The notes beneath the pieces were generated by a model, which was not told the origin of the DNA, ran no database searches, and was given only the letters and a program-made list of their open reading frames with translations. The position numbers and the translations under genes were made by a program. DNA of 63,750 nucleotides, the filler included, from Octopus bimaculoides (lineage: Eukaryota): NCBI RefSeq assembly GCF_001194135.2. It is 6 parts of 6 records of this genome, joined end to end, with 100 filler letters (N's around TTAATTAATTAA, not from the genome) between each part and the next. Parts side by side here need not be neighbours in the genome. Positions count along the whole stretch, not along the records: positions 23,878 to 41,795 come from NC_068991.1; positions 41,896 to 49,836 come from NC_068989.1; positions 49,937 to 56,245 come from NC_069003.1; 3 more parts are not named here. One strand, given 5' to 3'. How positions within the stretch are numbered: position 1 is the stretch's first letter; each line of letters begins with the position of its first letter. This document shows positions 39,712 through 51,953 of the stretch, one piece after another.

Positions 39712-40790
39712 TCCTACACTTTTCTCTGCAAAATAAGGGTAGTTTATCCTGTTCAGGCTATATTATTAGCATTATTCTGCGATTCAGAATTTAAAATCAC
39801 TTCTTTAACTTTCTAAAAGACATCTCAACGCTTCTAAAAGCAAACTTCGTTTGTTTATTTACGTTTGTCGTAATTTGATGTATTTTAAATTAATTTTCGT
39901 TAAATTACTTTGACTTCATATATCATTTAAAGCCCATTTTTCGCTCTATCTAATCGTGTTACTCTTTTCTTTTTGAATATTTAGGCCATTTTTTCCGGAA
40001 CGTTGACTACAACATGGACAAAAAGCAAATTCGCACAATTTTCTTATTCCAGTTCAAGCTAGGCCGAAAGCTGCTGAAACAGTTCGCGATATCAACGATG
40101 CGTTTGACCCAGGAAGCACTAATGAACGTACAGCACAATGGTGGACGAGAGTCATGAAGATGATAAGCGTAGTGGTCAGCCATCGGATGTTGACAACGAT
40201 CAACTAAGAGTCTTAGTGGAAGCCAATCCACGCACAACTTGATTGCTTCTGAATTGGATGTAACGTATACGATAATTTCCAACCACTTGAAAGAGATTGG
40301 AAAAACAAAAGTACTTGAGAAATGGGTGCCGCATGAGTTGAACGACAACCAGAAAAAAAAAAAAAGAAAAAAAAACGCCGTTTTGAAGAGTCGTCTTCTC
40401 TTCTTTTACGCAACAAGAACGACCCGTTTCTCGACCGGATTGTGACTTGCGATGAAAAGTGGATTCTTTACGACAACTGGTGACGCTCAACTCAGTTGTT
40501 GGANNNNNNNNNNNNNNNNNNNNNNNNNNNNNNNNNNNNNNNNNNNNNNNNNNNNNNNNNNNNNNNNNNNNNNNNNNNNNNNNNNNNNNNNNNNNNNNNN
40601 NNNNNNNNNNNNNNNNNNNNNNNNNNNNNNNNNNNNNNNNNNNNNNNNNNNNNNNNNNNNNNNNNNNNNNNNNNNNNNNNNNNNNNNNNNNNNNNNNNNN
40701 NNNNNNNNNNNNNNNNNNNNNNNNNNNNNNNNNNNNNNNNNNNNNNNNNNNNNNNNNNNNNNNNNNNNNNNNNNNNNNNNNNNNNNNNNN

Positions 40791-40833
<43 letters not shown>

Positions 40834-41738
40834 CACACATGTGTGGTAAGACGCTTGTTTCTCAACCACATGGTTTCGGGTTCAGTCCCGCTGCGTGACA
40901 CATTGGGCATTTATCTTCTGCTATAGCCTTGGGCCGATCAAAGCTTTGTGAGTGGATTTGGTAGACAGAAAGTGTAAGAAATCCATCGTGTACATACATA
41001 CATACATACATACATATCAACGTGTGAGTGTGTGTGTGCATGTGCATGTGTTTGTCTCCCCCCGCTTGACAACTGGTGTTGGTGTGTTTGTTTCCCCGTA
41101 ACTTAATGGTTCGGCAAAAGACACCAATATAATAAGTACCAGGCTTAAAAAAAAATAAGTACTGGAGTCGATTCCTTCGACTAAAGTTTCTTCAAGGCAG
41201 TGACCCAGCATGGTTGCAGTTTAATGATTGAAGCAAAAAAAATATATATACACGATGGACTTCTTTCGGTTTCCATCTAACAAATCCGCTTACAAGGCTT
41301 TCGTCGGCTTGAAACTTTAGTAGAAGACACTTGCATAAGGTGGCACGCCGTGGAAACTGAACCAAGAACCATATAGTTGGGAACCAAACTTCTTACCACA
41401 CAGCCACGCCTGTCCCTATAGAAAGAGGTAAAAAAGGGAGAAAACCATAATTTATAACTAAACAAGGCCACTGGTGCCCCCCCCAAAAATGTGGTAAAAA
41501 ATGCGATTTGTAGGTCAAGTATTAAAAACATAAAGCCTTTTTTCTTTTATAGTCTACCAGAAAAATAAAAAGAAAGAAAGAAAGGAGTAATTTTGCTTCA
41601 GCTTTCACAATATAATTAACATTCCACTTAACTGGAAAGAACAGTTGATTCATGTGTCTTTCCCTTGGAAATTTAGAATTAAATTACTTTGAAGTACGTC
41701 TGTTTTATTTATTCAGTCAGTGCTGTATTATTCTCAAG

Positions 41739-41795
<57 letters not shown>

Positions 41796-44700
41796 NNNNN
41801 NNNNNNNNNNNNNNNNNNNNNNNNNNNNNNNNNNNNNNNTTAATTAATTAANNNNNNNNNNNNNNNNNNNNNNNNNNNNNNNNNNNNNNNNNNNNGCGTG
41901 TGTGTATATTTTTTGTGCGTGCGTGTATGTGTATATTGTGTGTTTTCGTGCGTGCGTGTGTGTTATGTATGTGAGTGAGTATTGTGTATGTGAGAGGTGT
42001 GTGTGCATGTGTGTATATGTGCATGTGTGTATATGTGTATGTGTGTTGTGTATGTGTGTGTGTGTGTGGTTTTGTGTATGTGAGAGGTGTGTATGTGTGT
42101 GTTTATGTGTGTGAGAGCGTAAGGATGTGTGCCAGGTATGTGTGTTATTTTGTGTGTACACTCCTGTGTGTATGTGTGTGCATGTATATGGTTATTTATA
42201 TATGTGTGTATATATGCAATACACTGCTACCAAATTATTATGTAACTATGTAAGTGCTGTGATATACTTCTTTCCAAATAAATATTATTTCAAAAACGTT
42301 CAGAGTTGGTTATATTATGGGACAACATGATGCAGCTAAACTTTATACCAATCAATAAATACCCATTTATCCAGACAGACACAGAAATCAAAGCAGATGT
42401 GCACCAATCCAAGTTGTAATGGTAACTGTAAAAACATTAAAACAAGATGACACCATTATCACCTGCAAAACTTCATTAGCACTACACCAGTGACAGCTTT
42501 TTTTTTGTACCCTGTATACAAAGAAAGATAGACAGATTCATAAATATATAGTTGCACGGGCACATATAGATATATTTATACATGTGAAGGTATGTCTATG
42601 TATGTATGTGTGTATGTATGTGTGTGTGTATGTATGTGTGTGTGTATGTATGTATGTATGTATGTATGTATGCATGTATGCATGTATGTATGTATGTATG
42701 CATGCATGTATGTGTGTTCTTTTATGATTTTGACTATTTAATTTCTTCCTTTGAAGAGGGAGCTGGTTTTTAACAAAGATACAAAGGTCCATTGCTGGAA
42801 TGTAGATAACGAAAACAATATCATATTTTAAACCTGAGAAAAGTCTTGCGCACTTTTACTGTTCCACTTACAGATTGTATTTGAAATATACGAATCAGTA
42901 AGTTGATTTCTTTTTCTGAAAATCCAAGCTTATCCAGACTGGCAGTTGTATGTGTGTGGTGGGGGAGGGTGTACATATGTATGTATTTATGTATGTACAT
43001 AAGTATGTATGTACATATACAAGTACAGTATATTTAAGAGCTTTTCTTCCTGTTTGTTTAATTCAAGTAGACATAAAGTCATAACACTGACTACTTGTTG
43101 AGTTGAGTTATCAGACAGTTTACCATTGTAAAATAGTGAAAGTAGATAGTTCTCAAAAAAATTAGGGTAAAATGCAATAGAAAATAGAAGTGGCAACAAT
43201 AACGTATAAACAAAGACTGTGACATGTCAGGTAAAAAATACAGGTAACATAACCAACAATATAATAATATATAACACTGTATAACACGATTTTTGTCCTT
43301 GAGCAACAACTGTTATTTCTTATTTGCTTACCCCTAAAAAGTATGCAAAATGGCTAATATTTCCTCCAAATTTTTCTTTTGTTACATTTATTCAAACCCC
43401 AAAGAATCCCACTCAGTACATAGCTATGATGCTCTTCTACTACTCTTGCTCATGGTCAGAGATGCACATATTGTCAGCTACTAAGGAACATGTTGAAGTG
43501 GTTACAGGCAAGCAAATCTGTAGTATTGATCAGAATATTTGTTATAATGATATTTCTGCTTCAGCAACTCAGTGCTAAATCTGTCTGAAATGTAATGGAA
43601 AATAGGTAGTTATTTCCTTTGATTTCCAGATAGAAGCGAATAGGAAATAAGGCAAAAAAAATAATTAATTTTGTTACACAGTGTAATATAACCACACATA
43701 TATTTATATAACATGAAAACAATTACATTTACTAAAAAAATATCAATCGTCAATACATGAAATCAGATTCAAGAATAGTTTTTCACAATCTCCAAATTTC
43801 ATTTGTCTCACATGTTCATGAAGAAATGACGTAAATAAATTATCTCTAGTTCCCCATTGTCATGTAAGTTTCTTCTTGGTGAGCATCATGTCATCACTTC
43901 TACTTTCTTATGCAATTTACTTTTCACTTTTTTTTAACGACTGTAAACTACATGCTAACTGTTGCACTCTCAACTTACAACTATATTATTTAGATGAACT
44001 AAATTGTACTCGTTAGGTTCATGCACATCACACTGCTGTATAAAGCTCCTACCATGTACATATGCATCCCAATATACATACCCCAGCAAGGCGACAAGCT
44101 GGCAGAATCATTAGCACAATGGACAACATGCTTAGTGGTACTTCATCTGTCTTTACATTCTGAGTTCAAATGCCGCCAAGGTGGACTTTGCTTTTCATCC
44201 TTTCAGAGTCAATGAAATAAGTTCCAGTTAAGTTCTGGGGTCAATGTAATCGACTAGCACCCTCTTCTGAACTCACTAGCATTATGCCAAAATTTGAAAT
44301 CAATACGTGTGTGTGTGTGTGTGTGTGTATACCACAGCCTGTATGGCTGTGTGTGGAAGAAATTCACTTCGCAGCCGTGTGATTTGGGGTTTTGTACAAC
44401 TGTGTAGCACCTTGGGAAAGTGTCTTTTACTAAAGTCCTATGCCATCCAAAGCTTTGTGAATGGATCTGGTAGATGAAAATTGAAAGAAACCCAGCGTGC
44501 ACACGCATGTGTGTATGTGTGTTTGCATGTACATGCATGTGTGTTTGTGTGAGTGAGTGAGTTTGTATATCTCCTCCTCTTCACATTTGTTTGCTGCTTG
44601 TAAACAATGACAGTGTCATTCACTTGCAGCCTAGGCTTCTGGGCATGTTATCTTTATCTTATATCTGCACCTATGTTACACCATCTTTGTAAACAGAAAC

Positions 44701-45974
44701 CTCATTTAAATGGTGTTGTTGTTTCCAGTTTTCTTCAGAGCCATGTCTGAGCTGTTTGTTGCTTTGTTGTTCATTTGACTGTGAGGTTTATTACGTCAGG
44801 AAAGGCATCCATCTATAGGAAACTATTCCAACATACTCCTGTCTAATCCATGTAAGCATGGAGAAGTAGACATTAAAACGATGATGATGATGATGATGAT
44901 GGTGATGAGGAGGAGGAGGAGGAGGGCATTCTTAAGCTAATTTTTGCTATAATTCTAAGACTTATTATTTGTCCATGTTGTATGAAGTGACAACTTAGTT
45001 CCTTTCTGTTCATCTTTTTTTTTTTTTTACATGCTTCGGGCATTGAACTGCAGCCATGCTAGAGTACTGCTTTGAAAGATGTAGTCGGTCAAATCAACCC
45101 CAGTACTTATTTTTGTTTATGTCTAATACTTATTTTATTGGTCTATTTTGCCAAACCACTAAGTTAGAGGAATGTAAACAAACCAACTCTTATTGTCAAA
45201 CGGTAAAGTGGAACGACTACAAACCCAAAGACGTGTGTGTGTGTGTGTGTATGTGTGTGTGTGTGTGTGTGTGTGCATGCATGTGTGTGTACATATATAT
45301 ATATATTGGAGCAGGCATGGCTGTGTGGTAAGAAGCTTGCTTCCCAATCACATGGTTCCAGATTCAGTCTCACTGTGTGGCACCTTGGGCATCTTGTACT
45401 TTAACCTCAGACCAACCAAACCTTAGTGAATGGATTTGGTTGACAGAAACTGAAAGAAACTCTGTGTGTGCGTGTGTTTGTCCCCCACTACTGCTTGACA
45501 ACCAATGTTGGTGTGCTTACATTTCCATAACTTAGCGGTTTGCCAGCAGGAACCAATAAAATAAGTACCAGGCTTAAAAGAAAATAAGCACTGGTGTCAA
45601 TTTATTCAGCTAAAATTTATTCAAGCTGGTGACCCAGAATGACCATAGTCTAATGGCTGAAACTAGTAAAAGACAAGAGATAAATGATATACATTATCAT
45701 CATCATCATCATCATCGTTTAACGTCCATTTTCCATGCTAGCATGGGTTGGACAGTTCGACCGGGGTCTGGGAAGCCAGGAGGCTGCACCAGGCTCCAGT
45801 TTGATCTGGCAGTGTTTCTACAGCTGGATGCCCTTCCTAATGCCAACCACTCCGTGAGTGTAGTGGGTGCTTTTTACATGCCACTGGCACAGGGGCCAGA
45901 GGAGGCTGGCAGCGGCCACGATTGGTTGGTGCTTTTTACATGCCACCAAATATATGTATACACACACATATATA

Positions 45975-46022
<48 letters not shown>

Positions 46023-46875
46023 NNNNNNNNNNNNNNNNNNNNNNNNNNNNNNNNNNNNNNNNNNNNNNNNNNNNNNNNNNNNNNNNNNNNNNNNNNNNNN
46101 NNNNNNNNNNNNNNNNNNNNNNNNNNNNNNNNNNNNNNNNNNNNNNNNNNNNNNNNNNNNNNNNNNNNNNNNNNNNNNNNNNNNNNNNNNNNNNNNNNNN
46201 NNNNNNNNNNNNNNNNNNNNNNNNNNNNNNNNNNNNNNNNNNNNNNNNNNNNNNNNNNNNNNNNNNNNNNNNNNNNNNNNNNNNNNNNNNNNNNNNNNNN
46301 NNNNNNNNNNNNNNNNNNNNNNNNNNNNNNNNNNNNNNNNNNNNNNNNNNNNNNNNNNNNNNNNNNNNNNNNNNNNNNNNNNNNNNNNNNNNNNNNNNNN
46401 NNNNNNNNNNNNNNNNNNNNNNNNNNNNNNNNNNNNNNNNNNNNNNNNNNNNNNNNNNNNNNNNNNNNNNNNNNNNNNNNNNNNNNNNNNNNNNNNNNNN
46501 NNNNNNNNNNNNNNNNNNNNNNNNNNNNNNNNNNNNNNNNNNNNNNNNNNNNNNNNNNNNNNNNNNNNNNNNNNNNNNNNNNNNNNNNNNNNNNNNNNNN
46601 NNNNNNNNNNNNNNNNNNNNNNNNNNNNNNNNNNNNNNNNNNNNNNNNNNNNNNNNNNNNNNNNNNNNNNNNNNNNNNNNNNNNNNNNNNNNNNNNNNNN
46701 NNNNNNNNNNNGACTAAAACTGGTTAGTTTCGTTATTTTTTCTTCTTGTTTTGCCTTTGTGAGTTACAAGTATTGCTATCTGTTGGAGACTTATTTTAGA
46801 ATTAGCACTTTAACTGCTATTTCTAAATTTCGGTATGTGGTGAAGCAACTGTTGCTGATCCCTTAATTATGTGTG

Positions 46876-46908
<33 letters not shown>

Positions 46909-47245
46909 ATGTATATGCGTGTGTGTGTATGTATGTATATATATATATATATACACACACACAACAAGCTTTCACACAGTTTCCATATACCAAATCCACT
47001 GATAAGCCATTGGTCTGCCTGGAACTATAATAAAAGACACTTACCTAGGATATTATGTAGTGGGGTCAATCTACATATAAATCATTTCTGATGTCATTAA
47101 CTGCTACTTATGTGGCTAAACGACTAACTGTTATTAGGGCAGTGGTGGTAAGTAGTCACTGAAATCTCTTGGATGTCCTGCAAGGTAACTTCTAGTAAAT
47201 ATTCCCTACTTCCTTTTTGTGAGGTATATTTTAAAGTCCTTTTTC

Positions 47246-47493
47246 TTATTTCTTATTTCTTATTTCTTTATTGCCCACAAGGGGCTAAACATAGAGGAGA
47301 CAAACAAGGACGGACAAAGGGATTAGGTCGATTACATCGACCCCAGTGTGTAACTGGTACTTAATTTATCGACCTCAAAAGGATGAAAGGCAAAGTTGAC
47401 CTCGGTGGAATTTGAACTCAGAATGTAACGGCAGACAAAATGCCGCTAAGCATTTCACCTGGTGTGCTAACGTTTCTGCCAGCTCGCTGCCTT
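47246..47493 (-). mobile_element. Full-length SINE family A copy with target duplication
   Basis: Head GGCAGCGAGCTGGCAGAAACGTTAGCAC and (GAAATAA)3 tail. AGTCCTTTT is duplicated at 47235 and 47494. Confidence 0.88.
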
Positions 47494-47704
47494 AGTCCTT
47501 TTCTGTTTGTTCAATGCACAGAGACAAAAGTTATCACACTGACTACTTGTTGAGCTATTGTGCACTCTCTGGGAATAATATAATTTGTTTCAATGAAATT
47601 AAAATTGTACTTTCTATATCCAGCTACCTCTATCAATCTACTTCTTTATAAATGTGTGCGTGTGTGTGTGTGTGTACATGGGTGTATATATGCATGTGAA
47701 CATG

Positions 47705-47763
<59 letters not shown>

Positions 47764-48042
47764 ACATGTATGTATATACATATATGTGTGTGTCTGTATA
47801 TGTGTTACCAATAAAATATAAGAACTAGTTGAATTTTGCTTCAGTATCAATCAATTAGATAATTAGTAAATGAAGAAATTTTCTCATTGGTTTGTCAAAC
47901 TTCTTCCATTAAAACTGGTAATCTTATTGATGATGATATATGCACCTCCTTTGTGCTAACACTCACTTCTTGCTCCCTGTTGGTATCTCAGATTCTGATG
48001 GAGTATTTTATTCATTTTGTTATTAATATTTACATACATTCA

Positions 48043-48700
48043 GGTGGCATGCTAGTAGAATCCTTCGCGCACCCGTCCAGATCCTGAGTTCAAATTCCAC
48101 TGGGGTCAATTTTGCTTTTCATCCTCTTGGGGTGGGGTCAATAAAATAAGTACCATTTGAGTATTGGGGTCGATGTAATCAACTTAGCCCCACCCTTGAA
48201 CTTGCTGGCGTTGTGCCAAAATTTGAAACCAGTATTTACGTACATCAAGCTGGCAAGCCAGCAGAATCATCAGCATGCCAAGCAAAATGCTTAGTGGCGT
48301 TTGGTTTGACTTTACATTCTGAATTCAAATTCTACCAAGGTTGATTGTGCCTTTCATCCTTTTGGGGTTGATAAAATAAGCACCAGTTGAGCACTGGGGT
48401 CATTGTAATCGACTAAGCCCTTTCCCCAAACTTGCTGACCCCATACCAAAATTTGAAATCCATTATAATTATTTTTATGTTAGCAAGTTGGCAGAATCAT
48501 TAGCACACCAAGCAAAATGCTTAGCAGTATTTCATCTGTCTTTACATTCTGAGTTCAAATTCCACAGAGGCCAACTATACCTTTCATCTGTTTGGGATCA
48601 ATAAAATAAGTACTAGCTGAGCACTGGGGTCAATGTAATCAACTTCCTTTTCCCCAAAATTACTGGCCTTGTGTCAAAATTTGAAACCAGTATTTACATA
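48043..48700 (+). mobile_element. Three head-to-tail SINE family A copies
   Basis: Each copy has TTCTGAGTTCAAATTC...CACTGGGGTC...CCAAAATTTGAAA. Confidence 0.8.
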
Positions 48701-49757
48701 CATTGGATGTCAATGTATGTGTGTATATCATCACTGTCATCATCATCATTTAATATCTGTTGTCCATGCTGGCATGGCTTGGACAGTTTGACCAGGGTTG
48801 GTAAGCTGAGGGGGTTGCACCAGACGCCAGTCTGATTTGGCATGGTTTCTATGGCTGGATGCCCTTCCTAACACCAACCACTGCAAGAGTGTAATGATTG
48901 CTTTTGTTTACTTCTGTTTACTACTGGCCAGATGTGTGACTCCAGAATCTGCCATGACTACAATTTCACTTGGTTTGATGGATCTTCATCTCAAGCACAG
49001 CATTTTGCCAAAAGTCTGTCATTTGTCATTGCCTCCATGAGACCCAATGCTTGAAAGGTGCTTTTTACATGCCACCAGCACAGGTGCCAGTTATGTGACA
49101 CCAACAATGGATACAGCCATGACTTCACTTGGTGTGACAAGTCTTCTCAAGCATGGCAAGTCGCCAAAGATCTTGGTCACTATCTAAGACTTAATCAGGG
49201 GAAGGTGGGCATTACTGCTGTATTCTTTTGTATATGGCAGTGAATGCCTTTTTATATGTGCATACAGCTTCTGTGTTTTGTTGCACTTCAGACTTTACGT
49301 TTCATTACACTTAAATGTATGTCTATGTATATACACATGCATGTATGCACGTGATTTCTTTCATCTCCAATCTTCCGTGAAATTATCTCTAGCCATGGAG
49401 AAATATTACTTTACTCTGAAAGAAGTGAAAGTTGGTGACAAGAAAGGTATGTGTATGTGTATGTATATGTATATGTATGTATGTGTGTATGTGTGTTGTA
49501 GTTGCTATGTTCTGTTCTTTAAAGAGGTTTGGGGCTTGGCATTTGATCCATTAATGTGTCTTAGCTTTTAGTAACAGGTGGCTTCTCATAAATACTTATG
49601 CATGCTTTATCTTCATACACACACTCAAACATACACACAAACACACATGCACACATACACACACGCACAAATAAATACACTCACCCCCACACCTACATGT
49701 AGGTATGTTTGTATGCACATATATATGTAAGGATATGTATGTTTGTATGCACTAATG

Positions 49758-49801
<44 letters not shown>

Positions 49802-49969
49802 TATATGTATGTATATATGTGTATATATATATATATNNNNNNNNNNNNNNNNNNNNNNNNNNNNNNNNNNNNNNNNNNNNTTAATTAATTAANNNNNNNN
49901 NNNNNNNNNNNNNNNNNNNNNNNNNNNNNNNNNNNNACACACACACACACACACACATATGTACTTTAC

Positions 49970-50203
49970 GGCGGCGAGCTGGCAGAAACGTTAGCACGCC
50001 GGGCGAAATGCTTAGCGGTATTTCGTCTGCCGCTACGTTCTGAGTTCAAATTCCGCCGAGGTCGACTTTGCCTTTCATCCTTTCGGGGTCGATTAAATAA
50101 GTACCAGTTACGCACTGGGGTCGATATAATCGACTTAATCCGTGTTTGTCTGTCCTTGTTTGTCCCCTCTGTGTGTAGCCCCTTGTGGGTAGTAAAGAAA
50201 TAA
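49970..50203 (+). mobile_element. Full-length, young-looking SINE family A copy
   Basis: GGCGGCGAGCTGGCAGAAACGTTAGCACGCCGGGCG head, B-box-like GAGTTCAAATTCC and the same tail as 47246-47493. Confidence 0.88.
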
Positions 50204-50420
50204 CACACATATGTACTTATGTACATGTACGTACATTAATGTATGTATGTATGTATGTATGTACAATATACATACATTAAAGTCATTTAGTAGTTTGATA
50301 GAAACCTTGTATCGGCCAATGCTAAAGACACAAGTTGTCTTCACTCACTGTTGTATCAAGATACAATGATGTTTCAGCACGCTCGCGCACACGCACGCAC
50401 ACACATACACACACAGACAG

Positions 50421-50451
<31 letters not shown>

Positions 50452-50939
50452 TATACAAGCATGTACTTACACACGTTCAAACACATGCGTAGTACACGGG
50501 TGAGTGAGCAAAATGTAGAAAGTAGCACTTAACGCATTTAGTTGATATCATGCGTAAATAACACTTTTACTCACGTTTGTATTACCTAAAGTTTTATTTT
50601 GTAGAATACGTCCTTCATATTAGACGTTCAAAGTCGACATCATTAGATGTGGACTTGTTTACGCCTACCAAATCTTTAAGTAACGAGGGGCAGAGTCAAA
50701 CGGTTTTGAAATGCATATAACTCCAACTAAACGTGTTGAATGCTACTTTGTTTCGTATGTTTACTCGTGAAATCACTCCACTTCCTTTGTCAGTCTTGCA
50801 TCAAACAAAAAAGAAGAAAGAAAAAAAGAAACCTCTTCAAAAATCTTTGACGGTTTTTAATAGGGAATAACTTTGGTACTATTTAAGCGCGCGGTCTACT
50901 GTAGTATCAGTAGTTTACACCGTGAAATGACATGATCTA

Positions 50940-51068
50940 GATTAGGATTAGGTTTAGGGTTAGGGCTAAGTGTTAGGGTTACAGTTTAGGGTTAGAGTTA
51001 GAGTTAGGGTTTAGTGTTAGGACAAGGATTTAAAGTTAGGGTTAAGTTAGGGTTAAGAGTTAAGGTTT
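50940..51068 (+). repeat. Degenerate telomere-like (TTAGGG)n tract
   Basis: ttaggattaggtttagggttagggctaagtgttagggtt...ttagggttaag. Confidence 0.75.
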
Positions 51069-51254
51069 TGGTTGGTTCGAGGCTATAGGAGAAGACACTT
51101 GCCCAAGGTGTGCCGTGCAGTACGATTGAATCCAGAACCATGCGGTTAGGAAGCAAGCACTGGGGTGGTGTGCTTGACTAAACCATTTCAAGGCGGTGCC
51201 CAAGCATGCTTGTAGAACAGTGACTGAAACAAGTTTAAAAAAAAAATTACTCAC

Positions 51255-51595
51255 CGGTCTTTCGCCTTTCTTAAAAGAAGGGGGCAACATCAATGGCGGG
51301 TCGAAACCGAGTTTTATTCTGAGCTTTTCTTCAACTACAGAAAAATCGTTGTTCCATTTTGGAACTGGCCATATATATGGTGAACAAGAGGCTTTGAGGA
51401 GCAATATGTAGTTTTCTACAATAGTTTCAGGTGAGTCACAGGTTTTCGAAAGAATCTTTTTCACGACACGTGGTATCTGGGCGTAGATAATTCCTGGATT
51501 GTCTACCATGAAAGTTGATTTGAAATTCTCAAGGTGCAAAAAGACAATGGCCGTATAGAAGACGCTCTCTCTGGTATTGAACTTGCCTCTTTTGG
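51255..51595 (-). CDS. Next exon of the same minus-strand gene (EFCAB3-like, tentative)
   Basis: Acceptor attattctag| and donor |gtgagt. Phase 1 joins the 54332-54530 exon (G+CC = Ala). 113 open codons follow (KRGKFNTRESVFYTAIVFLHLENF...DNPGIIYAQIPRVVKK...PPSFKKGERP), ending in phase 0. Confidence 0.75.
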
Positions 51596-51892
51596 CTAGA
51601 ATAATGTAAACAATATACAAATATAAACATGTAGATACATATACATAAGCACGCATATACCTACATAATGTGGAAATATATATAATGCCGACACATCTTT
51701 TTCTCTCTCCGTTTTTTCTTTTCTCTTCATTTTTTTGTCTCTCATCCCTTTCTGTCCAAGAGCGTGGACTCGAAACGTCAAAGACTTTTCCATTTTCCCG
51801 AGCGTCAAACTAATACACTTGCTTGTTGTTCCTTCACTTGTCTCTGTCTTTTATGTTCTGTATGAATCATACATACATACATACATACATAA

Positions 51893-51953
<61 letters not shown>

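Larger units (their letters stand above)
39211..39889. mobile_element. Inverted dimer of a ~308-bp tRNA-containing unit with a 14-bp flanking duplication
   Basis: Arms 39224-39474 and 39561-39812 are about 96% identical (9 differences counted by eye). TGATGTATTTTAAA occurs at 39211-39224 and 39876-39889. Confidence 0.85.
39163..40503 (+). mobile_element. mariner (Hsmar1-like) 5' half, interrupted by the 39211-39889 insertion and truncated by a gap
   Basis: TA|TTAGGTTGTC TIR. Encodes MDKKQIRTIFLFQFKLG.KAAET.RDINDAF, KWVPHEL and FLDRIVTCDEKWILYDN. Confidence 0.92.

Noticed and set aside
45629-46866. Long ORFs of 280-400 aa in the track (also 5044-5995 and 53168-54460)
   Set aside because: They consist of N-gap X runs and microsatellite translations.
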